The notes under the pieces: model-generated
What the model was told of the DNA's origin: nothing
The model's input: only the letters and a program-made list of their open reading frames with translations
The model's database searches: none
Position numbers and translations under genes: made by a program
In this document: positions 9,000-19,500 of the stretch, piece by piece
Layout of the letters: each line of letters opens with the position of its first letter
How positions within the stretch are numbered: the stretch's first letter is position 1
NCBI GenBank assembly: GCA_044221725.1
Contig: JBGAON010000003.1
Location: forward strand, 288,001-352,000
Length of the DNA: 64,000 nt
Source of the DNA: Elusimicrobiota bacterium
Lineage (GTDB): Bacteria; Elusimicrobiota; Elusimicrobia; F11
Direction: 5' to 3'

Positions 9000-11158
9000 G
9001 CCGCTTTCGCTTCCGTGAGTTTCGGTAAATTTTTGGGGATCGTAAAAATAAATGATGCGCCTTTGCCGACTTCGGACTCCACCCAAATTCGTCCCATGTG
9101 GGCTTCAACAATGCGTTTGCAGATCGTGAGCCCCAAGCCCGCACCGCCTTTGAAATGACCGTCGACCTGGCGAAACTTGTCGAACACCTTTTCGAGATAG
9201 TCTTCCGGAATGCCTTCCCCGGTGTCGATGACCGCGCAGCGAATCGCGTCATGGTCGTCATTGATGCGAATCTGGATCGCACCGCCATCCGGCGTGAATT
9301 TCGTGGCGTTACCAACCAAATTCACGAACACGCGTTCGAGCAAGCTAGGGTCAACAGGCGATGTCGGGATGTCGCCAATCACGTCGAGAGTAAGTGCAAT
9401 GTTGTTGCTTTTTGTCTGTGGTGTGAAGAGTTCGATCACGCGATTGGCAACATCCTGAAAGCGTGACGGTTCAATGTGCAGCGTCAAATGGCCAGATTCG
9501 AGCCGTGCCAAATCCAAAATATCGTTCACCATGTTCGTAAGTCGCAGCGATGCTTTGTCCATGGTTTCGAACATCTTCGTCTGTATCGCCGTGAGGGGGC
9601 CTGTCTGGCCCGTCTGAAAAAGTCGGATGAATCCACGAATGGCGGTCAGCGGATTACGCAGATCGTGTGTGATCGAATGGAGAAATTCTTCTTTCATTGA
9701 TTCGAGTTCTTTTTCGAGCGTTACATCGTGCAGAACGGTTACGAGTCCCAGAATTTCTTCTTTGCCCGGCGTGCGAACTTGCGCGGCGGACAACGCATAA
9801 AATTCATCCTTGTCGTTTCGTGTCATCTTTACTTCGATCGTCTTGTTTGTGTTGGGGTTCGTTAAGACGTCCATGCAGGCGGCTTTGAGGTCCGACGACG
9901 GCAGAAACTTCCATAGCGGCTGCCCCAGAATTGATTCCTGTTCGGCGATGTGAAGAATTTGTTTGGCCATGCGACTCATCAATTGAATCTTTCCTTGATA
10001 GTCGGTCATGATGATGCCGTCTTTGATCGAGAAAATGATGGCCTCGGTTTTCTTTTGTTCGATGATGAGTTTTTCCACTTGGAGTTCGGCGTAGCCTTTT
10101 AATTTCTCAAGCATTCCATTGAACGTTTGCGCGAGTTCTTGAATTTCGTCTTTGCTATCCACAACGATCGGATCCGGGAACTGTCCGTTCGCCAAATCCA
10201 CGCCCTTCGCAACGGTTGTAATGTGCAACAATGGTTTTACAAGCGACCGTGTAATAAGGACCGCCGCGAGAATTGCAAAACACATCGTTAGCAGAATAAA
10301 AAGAACGGCCTGTCTTTTTCCGCGCGCGCTGGCCGCGTAAGCCTCTTGTCGCGTCTGTTGCGTGAAAATCGCACCACCCCATTGTACGACGGGCGCCGAA
10401 GCGCCTACCCATTCCGTCCCAAGCGCATCCTTGAACTCCCGCGCACTCAGGTTTCCCGAGAGCGCGGCTTTGAGGATGGACTCGTCCAACTGTCCCGTGT
10501 TGTTTGATGGGTTGTGTGGCGCGGACAACTGTTGCCTATCTTGCCCAATATATCGCGCAAAGCCTGTTTGACCGATCGATTCGCGTGTGATCATTTCGCA
10601 CAAATCGTTTAGCGATACCTTCACGTACAATGCGTTCTTTCCTGACGGAGAATCAAAAGGGATAAAGAGCTCGGCCATCGTCTCGCCATCGGTGCGCGAT
10701 ACGCGGGTCGCTTGTTCACCGGTTTGTTGAAATTTTCTGAACAAAGGTTCGTTCGCGTAAGAAATGAGCGTCGGATTTTTTTCAACATCGGGTGCGAGCG
10801 CGGGGTTAAACGCTTTCATTACTTCTTGTCCCGCCGGTGTCACCGCCGAAATAATGGCGAACGTTGGCGATGAATCAATGAGCGCGCTCAAAACTTTTTG
10901 ACGATCTTCCCAGCTGACGCTCGGGTTTTTGATCGTGTCGAGCGCCAGCGCCATCTGTGTCACCACCGCCGCGAGGCGGTCATCCACTTTCTCGGCCAGG
11001 GACTGAGCCAGTTTTAGATGGTAGCGCTGCACTTCAAACTGAAGGCTTTCGTTGTTGATGCCGACAACGATCTTTCCAACCAGTGCCACGGGGATGACGG
11101 TGATCAAAAGCAGGAAAATGAGAAAACGCGGAAATAGGCGTAAATTCCGAGCGAACAT
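8996..11158 (-). CDS. Membrane sensor histidine kinase (Cache-like/HAMP/PAS/HisKA/HATPase)
   Basis: Two TM segments; HAMP DEIQELAQTFN; H-box THDLRNPL; NATKF, DTGEG and GAGLGL; start placed at ATG 11158 behind a sigma70-like promoter. Confidence 0.9.
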   Translation of the reverse strand: MFARNLRLFPRFLIFLLLITVIPVALVGKIVVGINNESLQFEVQRYHLKLAQSLAEKVDDRLAAVVTQMALALDTIKNPSVSWEDRQKVLSALIDSSPTFAIISAVTPAGQEVMKAFNPALAPDVEKNPTLISYANEPLFRKFQQTGEQATRVSRTDGETMAELFIPFDSPSGKNALYVKVSLNDLCEMITRESIGQTGFARYIGQDRQQLSAPHNPSNNTGQLDESILKAALSGNLSAREFKDALGTEWVGASAPVVQWGGAIFTQQTRQEAYAASARGKRQAVLFILLTMCFAILAAVLITRSLVKPLLHITTVAKGVDLANGQFPDPIVVDSKDEIQELAQTFNGMLEKLKGYAELQVEKLIIEQKKTEAIIFSIKDGIIMTDYQGKIQLMSRMAKQILHIAEQESILGQPLWKFLPSSDLKAACMDVLTNPNTNKTIEVKMTRNDKDEFYALSAAQVRTPGKEEILGLVTVLHDVTLEKELESMKEEFLHSITHDLRNPLTAIRGFIRLFQTGQTGPLTAIQTKMFETMDKASLRLTNMVNDILDLARLESGHLTLHIEPSRFQDVANRVIELFTPQTKSNNIALTLDVIGDIPTSPVDPSLLERVFVNLVGNATKFTPDGGAIQIRINDDHDAIRCAVIDTGEGIPEDYLEKVFDKFRQVDGHFKGGAGLGLTICKRIVEAHMGRIWVESEVGKGASFIFTIPKNLPKLTEAKAA

Positions 11159-11243
11159 ACAGTCAAGTGTACGTGGCAAGACAGGCCTTTCAAGAGAGAA
11201 AAACAAGGATTCATTTGGTACACTGCACGGCAATCAATCGCTC

Positions 11244-11975
11244 ATGAACGCTCGAATTCGAGTCAAAAACACCTCGCTAATTCAAATCGTTTTATCCGCA
11301 CTGGCTCTCACTGTTCTATATCCGCATCCGGCTGTTCCGTTGGAATGGGTTTCCTGGACAAATCACCCTCGGATCGCACTAACCTTTGATGATGGTCCGC
11401 ATCCGGAACCAACGCTTCTTTTGTGCGACGTGCTCGAACGCTATCACGTTCCGGCCACGTTTTTTATCGTCGGGCGCGTAGCCGTTCAGTACCCGACGCT
11501 GTTGCACAAAATTGTTCACGATGGGCACGAGCTTGCGAGTCACACGTGGACGCACGCGAATATCCGCAATCAATCAACCGAGAAATTGCGCGAAGAATTG
11601 GACCGCACGCGTGAGTTGATTTGTACGGTCACGGGCCAACAGACATTTTTGTTCCGAACGCCCGGCGCCACCGAAAGTTATTTGCGGCACATGTTTCGCG
11701 TCCCCGTCGGTTATCAATTGGTGCTGTGGGACGTGCACAGCTTGGATCAAGAAGGAATTTCGCCGGAGCAAATTGCCGAGCGGGTGCTGTCCCAAGTGAA
11801 AAGCGGCGACGTCGTTCTCATGCACAACGGAATTGAAAACACGCGGGACGCGCTTGGGATCATCATTCCCACATTGAAGAATCGCGGATACGAATTTGTG
11901 ACGGTATCGGAACTGTTGAAGCATCGACCATCCTCTGAAGCGCACGTTGCGCGTCCCACGTTCGTTCAAGGCTAG
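11244..11975 (+). CDS. Polysaccharide deacetylase (CE4/NodB family)
   Basis: TFDDGP, HTWTH, FRTP and VLMH motifs; N-terminal hydrophobic segment. Confidence 0.88.
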   Translation: MNARIRVKNTSLIQIVLSALALTVLYPHPAVPLEWVSWTNHPRIALTFDDGPHPEPTLLLCDVLERYHVPATFFIVGRVAVQYPTLLHKIVHDGHELASHTWTHANIRNQSTEKLREELDRTRELICTVTGQQTFLFRTPGATESYLRHMFRVPVGYQLVLWDVHSLDQEGISPEQIAERVLSQVKSGDVVLMHNGIENTRDALGIIIPTLKNRGYEFVTVSELLKHRPSSEAHVARPTFVQG

Positions 11976-12908
11976 ATGAAAACAAAGATTTTGGTTTGCG
12001 TGGCGGTCCTGTCCCTGTGGATTCTATGGCCCGGTACCGGTCAGCATTGGGTTGAAATCAATATTTCCGAAGGCGAAAACGCGCACGATGTGGTGAAAAC
12101 GTTGAAAGAAGCCCGGCTCGCGCGCTCGCCGATCCCATTTCTCGTTTGGGTGAAATTGCGGCGCGCTCAAAACAAGTTGCAAGTTGGGCGGTACCGCATT
12201 TCGTCGGGGCGCTCGGCGTTTTGGATTGTTGACGACATTATCCAAGGACGCGTGGAGAAAACAAAATTCGTTATTCCAGAGGGGTTCGCTTCGTGGCAAA
12301 TTGCCGAGCGGCTGGGCGATTTAAAACTCTGTGACGAGCAAACGTTCAAAGAGGTTGTGCAAAAAGAGAGCCTCGAGGGTTATTTGTTTCCGGCTACTTA
12401 CGAACTCGGTTTTGGATTAAGTCCGACGTCGCTCGCGCACAAGTTTAAAAGCCAATTCGACGCACGTTGGACGCCGGACATCGATCAGCGCGCGAAAGAG
12501 GTGGGCCTTTCCAAGGAACAAGTGGTGACGCTGGCATCGATCGTTGAGCGCGAAGTGCGCAAGCGAGACGAACTTGCGCTCGTGGCGGCGCTTTACCTGA
12601 ACCGTCTTCGCAAACGTATGCGGTTGGAAGCCGACCCGACGGTGCAGTACGCGCTTGGCTATTGGAAAACGCGGCTGACCTACGACGACTACCACAGCGT
12701 CAAGTCGCCCTACAACACGTACTTGAACACCGGTTTACCACCGGGCCCGATTTGCAGTCCTGGCTGGGACACAATCAAAGCCGTGTTGTGGCCCGCTCAG
12801 TCAAACGCGCTTTTTCTGCTCGCGCAGGAAGACGGTCATCACACGTTTTCAGAGACCTATCGCGAACACACGAACAAGGTAAACAAGCGCAATCGGAAGA
12901 AGAAGTGA
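11976..12908 (+). CDS. mltG: Endolytic transglycosylase MltG
   Basis: LEGYLFPATY, LASIVERE, LEADPTVQY and SPYNTY...GLPPGPI. Confidence 0.92.
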   Translation: MKTKILVCVAVLSLWILWPGTGQHWVEINISEGENAHDVVKTLKEARLARSPIPFLVWVKLRRAQNKLQVGRYRISSGRSAFWIVDDIIQGRVEKTKFVIPEGFASWQIAERLGDLKLCDEQTFKEVVQKESLEGYLFPATYELGFGLSPTSLAHKFKSQFDARWTPDIDQRAKEVGLSKEQVVTLASIVEREVRKRDELALVAALYLNRLRKRMRLEADPTVQYALGYWKTRLTYDDYHSVKSPYNTYLNTGLPPGPICSPGWDTIKAVLWPAQSNALFLLAQEDGHHTFSETYREHTNKVNKRNRKKK

Positions 12909-14491
12909 CGCTTTCCGCAACCGACTTCGAACTGTTGCTGCAGGCAAACCGTATTCTTTCATCGAAGCTTCGTACCGATGACGTGCTGCAGGCCGTGATG
13001 GAACTCGCTACAAAAGTTGTGCGCGCCGAAGCATCGTCTTTGTTGTTGCTCGATGCGGCGACCAATGAACTTTATTTTGATGTGGCGCTCGGCAGTGCGA
13101 AAGATGCCGTGAAACAAATTCGTTTGAAAGTTGGCGAAGGCATTGCTGGCTGGGTCGCCAACGAGCGCCGCCCGCTCATCGTTAACGATGTGTCGCAAGA
13201 CAAACGGTTTAGCGGAAAGGCCGACAAGTCGACGAGCTTTAAGACGAAATCCATTTTGGCGGTGCCGCTATTAGCGAAAGGGCGACTTGTTGGTGTCGTG
13301 GAAGCGCTCAACAAGGAAATGAACGGAATCTTTTCGGACCAAGACCGAGAAGCATTTGAAGTTTTCGCAAGCCAAGCCGCCGTCGCCATCGAGAACGCGC
13401 GGCTTTTCTCGGAAGTCACGCGCGAGCGTGAAAAACTGCACACGGTGTTCGCGCAAATGTCCGATGGCGTGATCCTCCTTGATTTCGCTGCGCGGGTTCT
13501 GTTAATCAACGATGCGGCCAGCCGGCTGCTGGGTATGCCGCGCGAAAAAGCCGAAGGCAACGTGTTTGATGATAAATTGTTAACCGGCTTTCAGTTCTCG
13601 GTGCCGCTCGCCGAGGTGATTGCCTCAAAAAACAAGGTTACGGAAATTGATATCACGCGGCGCGCCGTTAAAGATCTTACGCTCGGTGCGCTCGTCATGC
13701 GGTTGGCACCCGACGATCACGGGCAAGAGAACGGTTTTCTTGTCATGCTGCGCGACCTCACGGAGGAGCGACGCGGTGAAATGCTCAAGCGAAATTTTTT
13801 ATCCCTCATTTCACACAAGCTTAAGACACCGCTCACCGTCATTCTCGGTTACGCGCCAATGCTCCGCATGCAAACCGATAATTTGAACGATGCACAGAAA
13901 AAGGCCGTGAAGGCGATTGGTGAACAAGGCGAACATCTGAACGGGCTGGTTGACAAACTTTTGCGCTTTACCATCGTCGAATCCGAATCATTGGACCGAA
14001 AAATTGAACCGAAAGAACTTGAACCATTGGTTGCGGAAGCGGTCAAAGCGATTGCGCCGGATCAAGAGCATGGAAGCGTTAACGTGGATGTAACGGCGTC
14101 GGTGCGATCGGTTCCTTCGCTCATGGTGGATGGGAATTTGATGGTCGAAGTATTTAAAAACGTAATTGAGAACGCGATAAAATTTAACGACAAACCAAAA
14201 AAAGAAATTTCCATTACGGCTGAAAAGAAAAACGGCTCCGTGCTCATTCACATTCATGACAATGGCGTGGGCATTCCTCCGGAAGAACGAGAAAAAGTTT
14301 TTCAAAAGTTTTATCAGGTGGAAAATTCGTTCACGGGGCAAATCCCGGGCGCCGGGCTGGGCCTCGCGCTGTGTAAGAAGGTCGTTGAAGCGATGGGCGG
14401 CACAATTTCAATCGAATCGACCATTGGCGTTGGCACGGACGTTGTGTTGTCGCTCCCCGAGAAAAAACGCGGGCCGGCCGTCGCGTGTTGA
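12905..14491 (+). CDS. Cytoplasmic GAF-PAS histidine kinase
   Basis: GAF (GEGIAGWVA...VEALNK...F..QD.E); PAS; H-box SHKLKTPL; NAIKF, DNGVG and GAGLGL; GTG start overlapping the mltG stop. Confidence 0.88.
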   Translation: MTLSATDFELLLQANRILSSKLRTDDVLQAVMELATKVVRAEASSLLLLDAATNELYFDVALGSAKDAVKQIRLKVGEGIAGWVANERRPLIVNDVSQDKRFSGKADKSTSFKTKSILAVPLLAKGRLVGVVEALNKEMNGIFSDQDREAFEVFASQAAVAIENARLFSEVTREREKLHTVFAQMSDGVILLDFAARVLLINDAASRLLGMPREKAEGNVFDDKLLTGFQFSVPLAEVIASKNKVTEIDITRRAVKDLTLGALVMRLAPDDHGQENGFLVMLRDLTEERRGEMLKRNFLSLISHKLKTPLTVILGYAPMLRMQTDNLNDAQKKAVKAIGEQGEHLNGLVDKLLRFTIVESESLDRKIEPKELEPLVAEAVKAIAPDQEHGSVNVDVTASVRSVPSLMVDGNLMVEVFKNVIENAIKFNDKPKKEISITAEKKNGSVLIHIHDNGVGIPPEEREKVFQKFYQVENSFTGQIPGAGLGLALCKKVVEAMGGTISIESTIGVGTDVVLSLPEKKRGPAVAC

Positions 14492-15870
14492 AACCCACCG
14501 ATCTCACAGAATTCCTTGGTTACGGTGAATTCTCCGAAGCGTACGCCGAGGAATCCGCTACGCTGGCGATTCGTTGGGAAGGCGGCCAGGTGGAATCCAT
14601 TTCGCGCTCCGACGACTCCGGCATTGGACTTCGCTATCTGAACGGACCCGAGACGCGGTTCGGACACGCGGATCTCGCGCTTCCAATTACCGGCGACTGG
14701 AACAATGTTCATCGCTCCAAGCTCGCGGGAATTCGCAATCAACTCGTCGACAAATTAACGCACGCTCAACCGCGACCGAACGCCGCACCGGCGCTCAGCA
14801 CGCACACCATTAAAATCGCGCCGGACAAGATCGGCCTCGATAAAAAGATTGAACTTCTCGAGCGCGCGTTCCGAGCGGCCAAAGACGGTCCTTACGTGCG
14901 ACAAGTGTCGATCAACTACGGCGAGAAATTGAAGACGGTTTTCTATGTGAATGGTTTTGGTGAAGCGTTTCATGAGAAGCGCGTGTACGTGGTGTTCAGC
15001 ATCACGGTGACCGTGGAACGAAACGGCGACCTGCAAACCGGCTACGATTCTTTGGGCGGACTGATCGGTCACGAATTGTTTGATGGTGGGCGCGTCGAAC
15101 AGATCGCGCGCGAAGTTTCAAAACGCGCACACGAAAAATTGGACGCGCCGTCAGCACCGGTGGGCGAGATGCCGATTGTAATCGCCTCGAGCGCGGGCGG
15201 CACGTTGATTCACGAAGCGATTGGTCATTCGCTGGAAGCCGATGCGGTGCTCGAGGGAACGTCACCATCCTACGTCGGTAAAGTGGGGAAGGTTGTCGGA
15301 AACGAAAAACTCACGGTGTTTGATGATCCCACGGTCGCGGGCGCGCGCGGGTCATTCCATTTCGACGATGAAGGAACAAAATCCGAAGCGACGAAGCTCA
15401 TCGAGAACGGCGTGCTCAAGACGTATTTGTTCGACCGCATGTCCGCCACAAAAGCGAAGCGCGCTTCGAACGGGCACGGACGCCGCGAATCTTACGCGCA
15501 TCGACCAATTCCACGTATGTCGAACACCTTCGTGGCACCCGGACCGGACAATCCCGCGGAAATTCTTAAGTCGTTTAAGAATGGTTTGCTGGTCACGAAA
15601 ATGGGCGGGGGCCAAGTGAACACCGCGAACGGCGATTTTGTGTTTGAAGTCGAAGAAGGCTTCGAAGTGAAAGATGGAAAGAGAACAATGGTGCGCGGCG
15701 CCACGCTTTTGGGGAACGGACCCGAGACGCTGTTAAATATCGATCAGATTGGTTCCGATCACGGCTGGGCTATCGGAACATGCGGCAAAGAGGGCCAGGG
15801 TGTTCCCGTCTCTGATGCGCTTCCCACGGTACATATCAAGAAACTTGTTGTAGGCGGACAGAAAATTTAG
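14485..15870 (+). CDS. tldD: TldD/PmbA family metalloprotease
   Basis: HEAIGHSLEAD, FDDEG, PRMSNT and CGKEGQGVPV. Confidence 0.9.
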   Translation: MLKPTDLTEFLGYGEFSEAYAEESATLAIRWEGGQVESISRSDDSGIGLRYLNGPETRFGHADLALPITGDWNNVHRSKLAGIRNQLVDKLTHAQPRPNAAPALSTHTIKIAPDKIGLDKKIELLERAFRAAKDGPYVRQVSINYGEKLKTVFYVNGFGEAFHEKRVYVVFSITVTVERNGDLQTGYDSLGGLIGHELFDGGRVEQIAREVSKRAHEKLDAPSAPVGEMPIVIASSAGGTLIHEAIGHSLEADAVLEGTSPSYVGKVGKVVGNEKLTVFDDPTVAGARGSFHFDDEGTKSEATKLIENGVLKTYLFDRMSATKAKRASNGHGRRESYAHRPIPRMSNTFVAPGPDNPAEILKSFKNGLLVTKMGGGQVNTANGDFVFEVEEGFEVKDGKRTMVRGATLLGNGPETLLNIDQIGSDHGWAIGTCGKEGQGVPVSDALPTVHIKKLVVGGQKI

Positions 15871-16442
15871 GCGTTCAGAATTTTTTCGATGCGACTGTCC
15901 GGCACGAACCAAATCAGTGCAACAAACACGTACATACCGAACGCCACCGGCGCGTGCCAAAATGCCACCGGAATCGCGGCCGCGTAAATCACGACCGAGA
16001 TAATTCCCTTCTCATCTTTCCCAACAGCCAACATCAACGGGGAATCTTTTCGCTGACGACGAATAAGCAAGACCGTTAGGATGTAATACGCAACACCCGC
16101 CATCAGCATGACGACGCCATAACCGGCCACCGGCCACGGCGCAAAATGATTTTCTCCGGTCCATCCGGTAACGAACGGTACGAGCGACAACCAAAACAAC
16201 AGGTGCATGTTGGCCCACAAGATTTTTCCGTTCACGCGTTCAACCGCGTGCAACAGGTGATGATGGTTGTTCCAATAGATTCCGACAAACACGAAGCTGA
16301 GCACGTAGCACAAAAAGGCTGAGCCAAGCGGCCGAAGCGCGACCAAGCTCCCATCGTGCGGCGCGTGAAGTTCGAGCACCATGATCGTGATGATGATCGC
16401 AATCACGCCGTCGCTGAACGCTTCGAGGCGGTTCTTGCTCAC
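15867..16442 (-). CDS. TMEM175 family potassium channel
   Basis: RLEAFSDGVIAIIITIMVLEL and WNNHHH signatures; six hydrophobic segments. Confidence 0.9.
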   Translation of the reverse strand: MSKNRLEAFSDGVIAIIITIMVLELHAPHDGSLVALRPLGSAFLCYVLSFVFVGIYWNNHHHLLHAVERVNGKILWANMHLLFWLSLVPFVTGWTGENHFAPWPVAGYGVVMLMAGVAYYILTVLLIRRQRKDSPLMLAVGKDEKGIISVVIYAAAIPVAFWHAPVAFGMYVFVALIWFVPDSRIEKILNA

Positions 16443-16594
16443 GTCACCGTCCCAAGGTTTTCGCGAGGACTTTTTTTATTTCGGCTTCGTATTGCGGTCG
16501 ATAAAAACCAAGCGTTGCTTTATCGGCGTATTTAAATCCAATGACATTGACGGGACCCATGGCGTTACCTTATCGTTTTTTGCGGATAATGCTA

Positions 16595-16849
16595 CTACTG
16601 CAAGGCAACAACCTGACCTTGTTTCAAAGCACTCTCATCTTCGGCGCGCTTCAGCTGAAACGAGAACAGTTTTTGGTTGGGTTTGCCATCCGGCGTTACG
16701 CTTCGAGGTTGATCCATCCATTGTTCCACTGGCACAGCACCCAGCCTCGAGTCACGGTCGAGTTTAAATTGCTCGCTGTCCAGCTGGGTCGCAATTACAA
16801 CGACTTTTCCTTTGCGTTCGATGATTTCATCAATCCTAAAACTAGCCAT
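16595..16849 (-). CDS. Small hypothetical protein
   Basis: 84-codon ORF with SD-like GAAGGG upstream, co-oriented with neighbours; no motif recognised. Confidence 0.5.
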   Translation of the reverse strand: MASFRIDEIIERKGKVVVIATQLDSEQFKLDRDSRLGAVPVEQWMDQPRSVTPDGKPNQKLFSFQLKRAEDESALKQGQVVALQ

Positions 16850-16906
16850 GATTAACGCCCCTTCTGTTTGTTTTTCCACTTCTATCTATGCTTCGGGTTC
16901 AGCATG

Positions 16907-17410
16907 TTAGTCATGCGCGCAATTCCCATCTTTTGTTCCGGGCACTTCAATTGTTCCTTTGACCGCAAAATCCGCACTCCCTTTTTCGTCGTTCCAGGGT
17001 TGGACAATATATTGACCGTCGGTCGAGGTTTTCGCACCGCTTTTGATCGAAAACATCAAACTGCGGCCGGGAGCGATGTCGTTTTCGAAAGGCTTCGCGC
17101 TGTCTTTGCTTGTCCATGCAACGGTGCTGCAACCATCGGTTTGAGCAGACCATCCGTTTGGTGTGTTTTCTACTAGGAACGGAGCTTCGATCATAAGAGT
17201 GACCACGCTAATCGGATGACGTCCCAGATTTTTGACTTTGTAAGTCCAAATATCTCCTTTCTGGGTGACATTGATTTGCACGTCTTTTGATTCTCGATTG
17301 TGTTCCAGTGGTGAAGTCGCAAACACGTTTGATCCCAGTAGAAGAGCAAGTAGCGGAGTTGCGACTCTAAATAACCGCAAACAATCAGCCCGTGCGCCCG
17401 GACTCAGCAT
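16907..17410 (-). CDS. Hypothetical exported beta-rich protein
   Basis: Hydrophobic signal-like segment; WTYKVKN...PNGWS...IAPGRSL; start uncertain. Confidence 0.55.
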   Translation of the reverse strand: MLSPGARADCLRLFRVATPLLALLLGSNVFATSPLEHNRESKDVQINVTQKGDIWTYKVKNLGRHPISVVTLMIEAPFLVENTPNGWSAQTDGCSTVAWTSKDSAKPFENDIAPGRSLMFSIKSGAKTSTDGQYIVQPWNDEKGSADFAVKGTIEVPGTKDGNCAHD

Positions 17411-17414
17411 TGAA

Positions 17415-19424
17415 TTAATAAGACCTTTTCCCTTTACGGACCAATCGGACTTGGCAGGCGTTCGCGAAGAAAGGGAGCAGGGACTTTATTTTCGGCATTA
17501 CTTCTTCGGCGGTGGCTTCTCCCATTTTGATCATCTCTTTCGCGCGGTCCAAATCCCACCACAATAGGTCATGTGATTTGATGTTCATGACCACGTGCGC
17601 AATTTCGGAGCGCGCTTGCGAGATTTCGTACTGCATGATGTAGATGGTTTTGAGCATAATCTCTGGAATCGACGGGCCCCGCAGCACCGACGGCATATGG
17701 CGACGCCACCAACCAATCATTCGCGGCACGCGGCGCTCCCCGGCTTTTGATGTGAGATTGGCCGAAATTAAAATATTCGCGCCCTGAGAAACGCTGATGG
17801 AGGTTGGCACCGGATTCACGAGCCCGCCATCGACCAAGTAGCGGCCTTCAAGATAATACGGCTGAAAGAAAAACGGTAGCGACAAACTCGCGCGCACCGC
17901 CTCGGCGACGTTGCCACGGTCCAGAATCATTTCTTTGCCGGTTTGAATATCGGTGGCCACGCATGCGAACGGCAGCAGCAAATCACCGAACGATTGGTCG
18001 TTCAGGTGCGACTTCAAAAAGTTTAAAACGCCGTTGCCGCGAATTAGGCCCGTGCGCGGAACAATCGGGTCCGCCATCATCCACAAACGTTTCCTCGTGA
18101 TTGAAACGGCGATGCGCTCGAGTTCGTCGGGTCCGATGCCGGCCGCGTAGAACGCGCCGATCAAAGCCCCCATTGATGTGCCACTGATGACATCCGGAAA
18201 AATATTTTCACGCTCGAGAATCCGCAGCATACCGATCAGCGCGTATCCAAACGCCGCGCCCGAGCCCATCGCAAACCCGATTGAAAGTCCCGTTAATTTT
18301 CGGGCGAGCCGGTCCACGCACTTCTGACCGGAGATGGCGTCGGGCGTAAAAAACGGAGCCCCTTTCGCTCGAAATTTTTCGGCCCATTCGTCGCGCCAAT
18401 CCACGCGAATGTCCGGCGGAAAATCAGGCACAACGGTTTCCAAACTTTGCGAAAGCCAAACACGCTCCGGCTTCTTAGCGATCACGCCCGTGCCCATCTT
18501 CCGAATTTTATCGATGTCGGCCGGCGAACTCTGAGGGCCCGCCACGATCACCACACGATCAAATTCGTTCAACAAGATGACCGCGTTCTCGCGCGTGTCG
18601 GCGGGCAAAACAAACACGCACAGGTCGTAAAGATCTTTGATCAGTGCGAACAACGAATAAACAACGTTGTTGATGACGCCGGACATGATGCGCGCGTCCA
18701 ATTCCAACAGCTCGAGGCCCGATGGATGGACGGCCACGGATTCATTGAAGCGTCTTGTGTCTTGCAGCACTCCGTTTCGGAAATCGCGTTCGGAAATGGT
18801 GGGTGCGTGAACGCCCAGACTTTTGGCGAACAAATGGTCGCCGGTGTCGAGCGCGCAAACAAGCACGCGCCGCCGCGTTTGTTCGGCGAGTGAGATGGCG
18901 AGATTGACCGAAAAGACCACCCCGTCAGTGGGCGGTAGCGCAGAAACAAGCGCGAAAATTTTTGCGGGCTGATTCGTCGGAGTCCCGCTGCGGTGAATCG
19001 AGGCAAGACGACTCGACAAAATTCGCGACAGGTGCACGCCCATTGTTGGATTTTTCTCGAGAATCGCATCGAAGTCGCGTTTCGAAAGCACGAGCAGTTC
19101 GGCCGTTGTGTCGACAATGGCCGTGTTGGTCCGCGGCTCGCCGGCCAGAAGCGCCATTTCGCCGAGCACGTCGCCACGGTTTAGGAACGCTAGCGTGTTC
19201 TTGTCGGCATCGCGCAGCGCCGTGTTTGACTTCAAGATTCGCACGGTTCCAGAGAGAACGATATACAGCGAATCACCCGAATCGTTTTCCTGGAACAGCA
19301 CAGCGCCCTTGGGGAACGACACCACGGTCATGCGTTTGGCCAGAAAAGAAAGTTGGTTTCCAGTAAAACTGGAGAACAAGAACACTTTTCGAATAAATGG
19401 AATCCAATCTGTCGAACTAGCCAT
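17415..19424 (-). CDS. cNMP-binding domain / degenerate MinD-CpaE-like domain / patatin phospholipase fusion
   Basis: cNMP GEMALLAGEPRTNTA; patatin GSGAAFG, GTSMG and DGG motifs. Confidence 0.85.
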   Translation of the reverse strand: MASSTDWIPFIRKVFLFSSFTGNQLSFLAKRMTVVSFPKGAVLFQENDSGDSLYIVLSGTVRILKSNTALRDADKNTLAFLNRGDVLGEMALLAGEPRTNTAIVDTTAELLVLSKRDFDAILEKNPTMGVHLSRILSSRLASIHRSGTPTNQPAKIFALVSALPPTDGVVFSVNLAISLAEQTRRRVLVCALDTGDHLFAKSLGVHAPTISERDFRNGVLQDTRRFNESVAVHPSGLELLELDARIMSGVINNVVYSLFALIKDLYDLCVFVLPADTRENAVILLNEFDRVVIVAGPQSSPADIDKIRKMGTGVIAKKPERVWLSQSLETVVPDFPPDIRVDWRDEWAEKFRAKGAPFFTPDAISGQKCVDRLARKLTGLSIGFAMGSGAAFGYALIGMLRILERENIFPDVISGTSMGALIGAFYAAGIGPDELERIAVSITRKRLWMMADPIVPRTGLIRGNGVLNFLKSHLNDQSFGDLLLPFACVATDIQTGKEMILDRGNVAEAVRASLSLPFFFQPYYLEGRYLVDGGLVNPVPTSISVSQGANILISANLTSKAGERRVPRMIGWWRRHMPSVLRGPSIPEIMLKTIYIMQYEISQARSEIAHVVMNIKSHDLLWWDLDRAKEMIKMGEATAEEVMPKIKSLLPFFANACQVRLVRKGKRSY

Positions 19425-19500
19425 TGCAAATAGCAGCTTAACCCCGGTATGCTTCGTTTGTCAATTTGGGTGGTAAAAACAAAGTGATACACTTAAAAAA

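Noticed and set aside
12662..12904. N-terminal extensions given by the ORF track (12662, 11052, 32551, 9086, 37700)
   Set aside because: They overlap well-supported neighbours and translate to non-domain sequence; downstream starts with stop/start overlaps or promoters fit better
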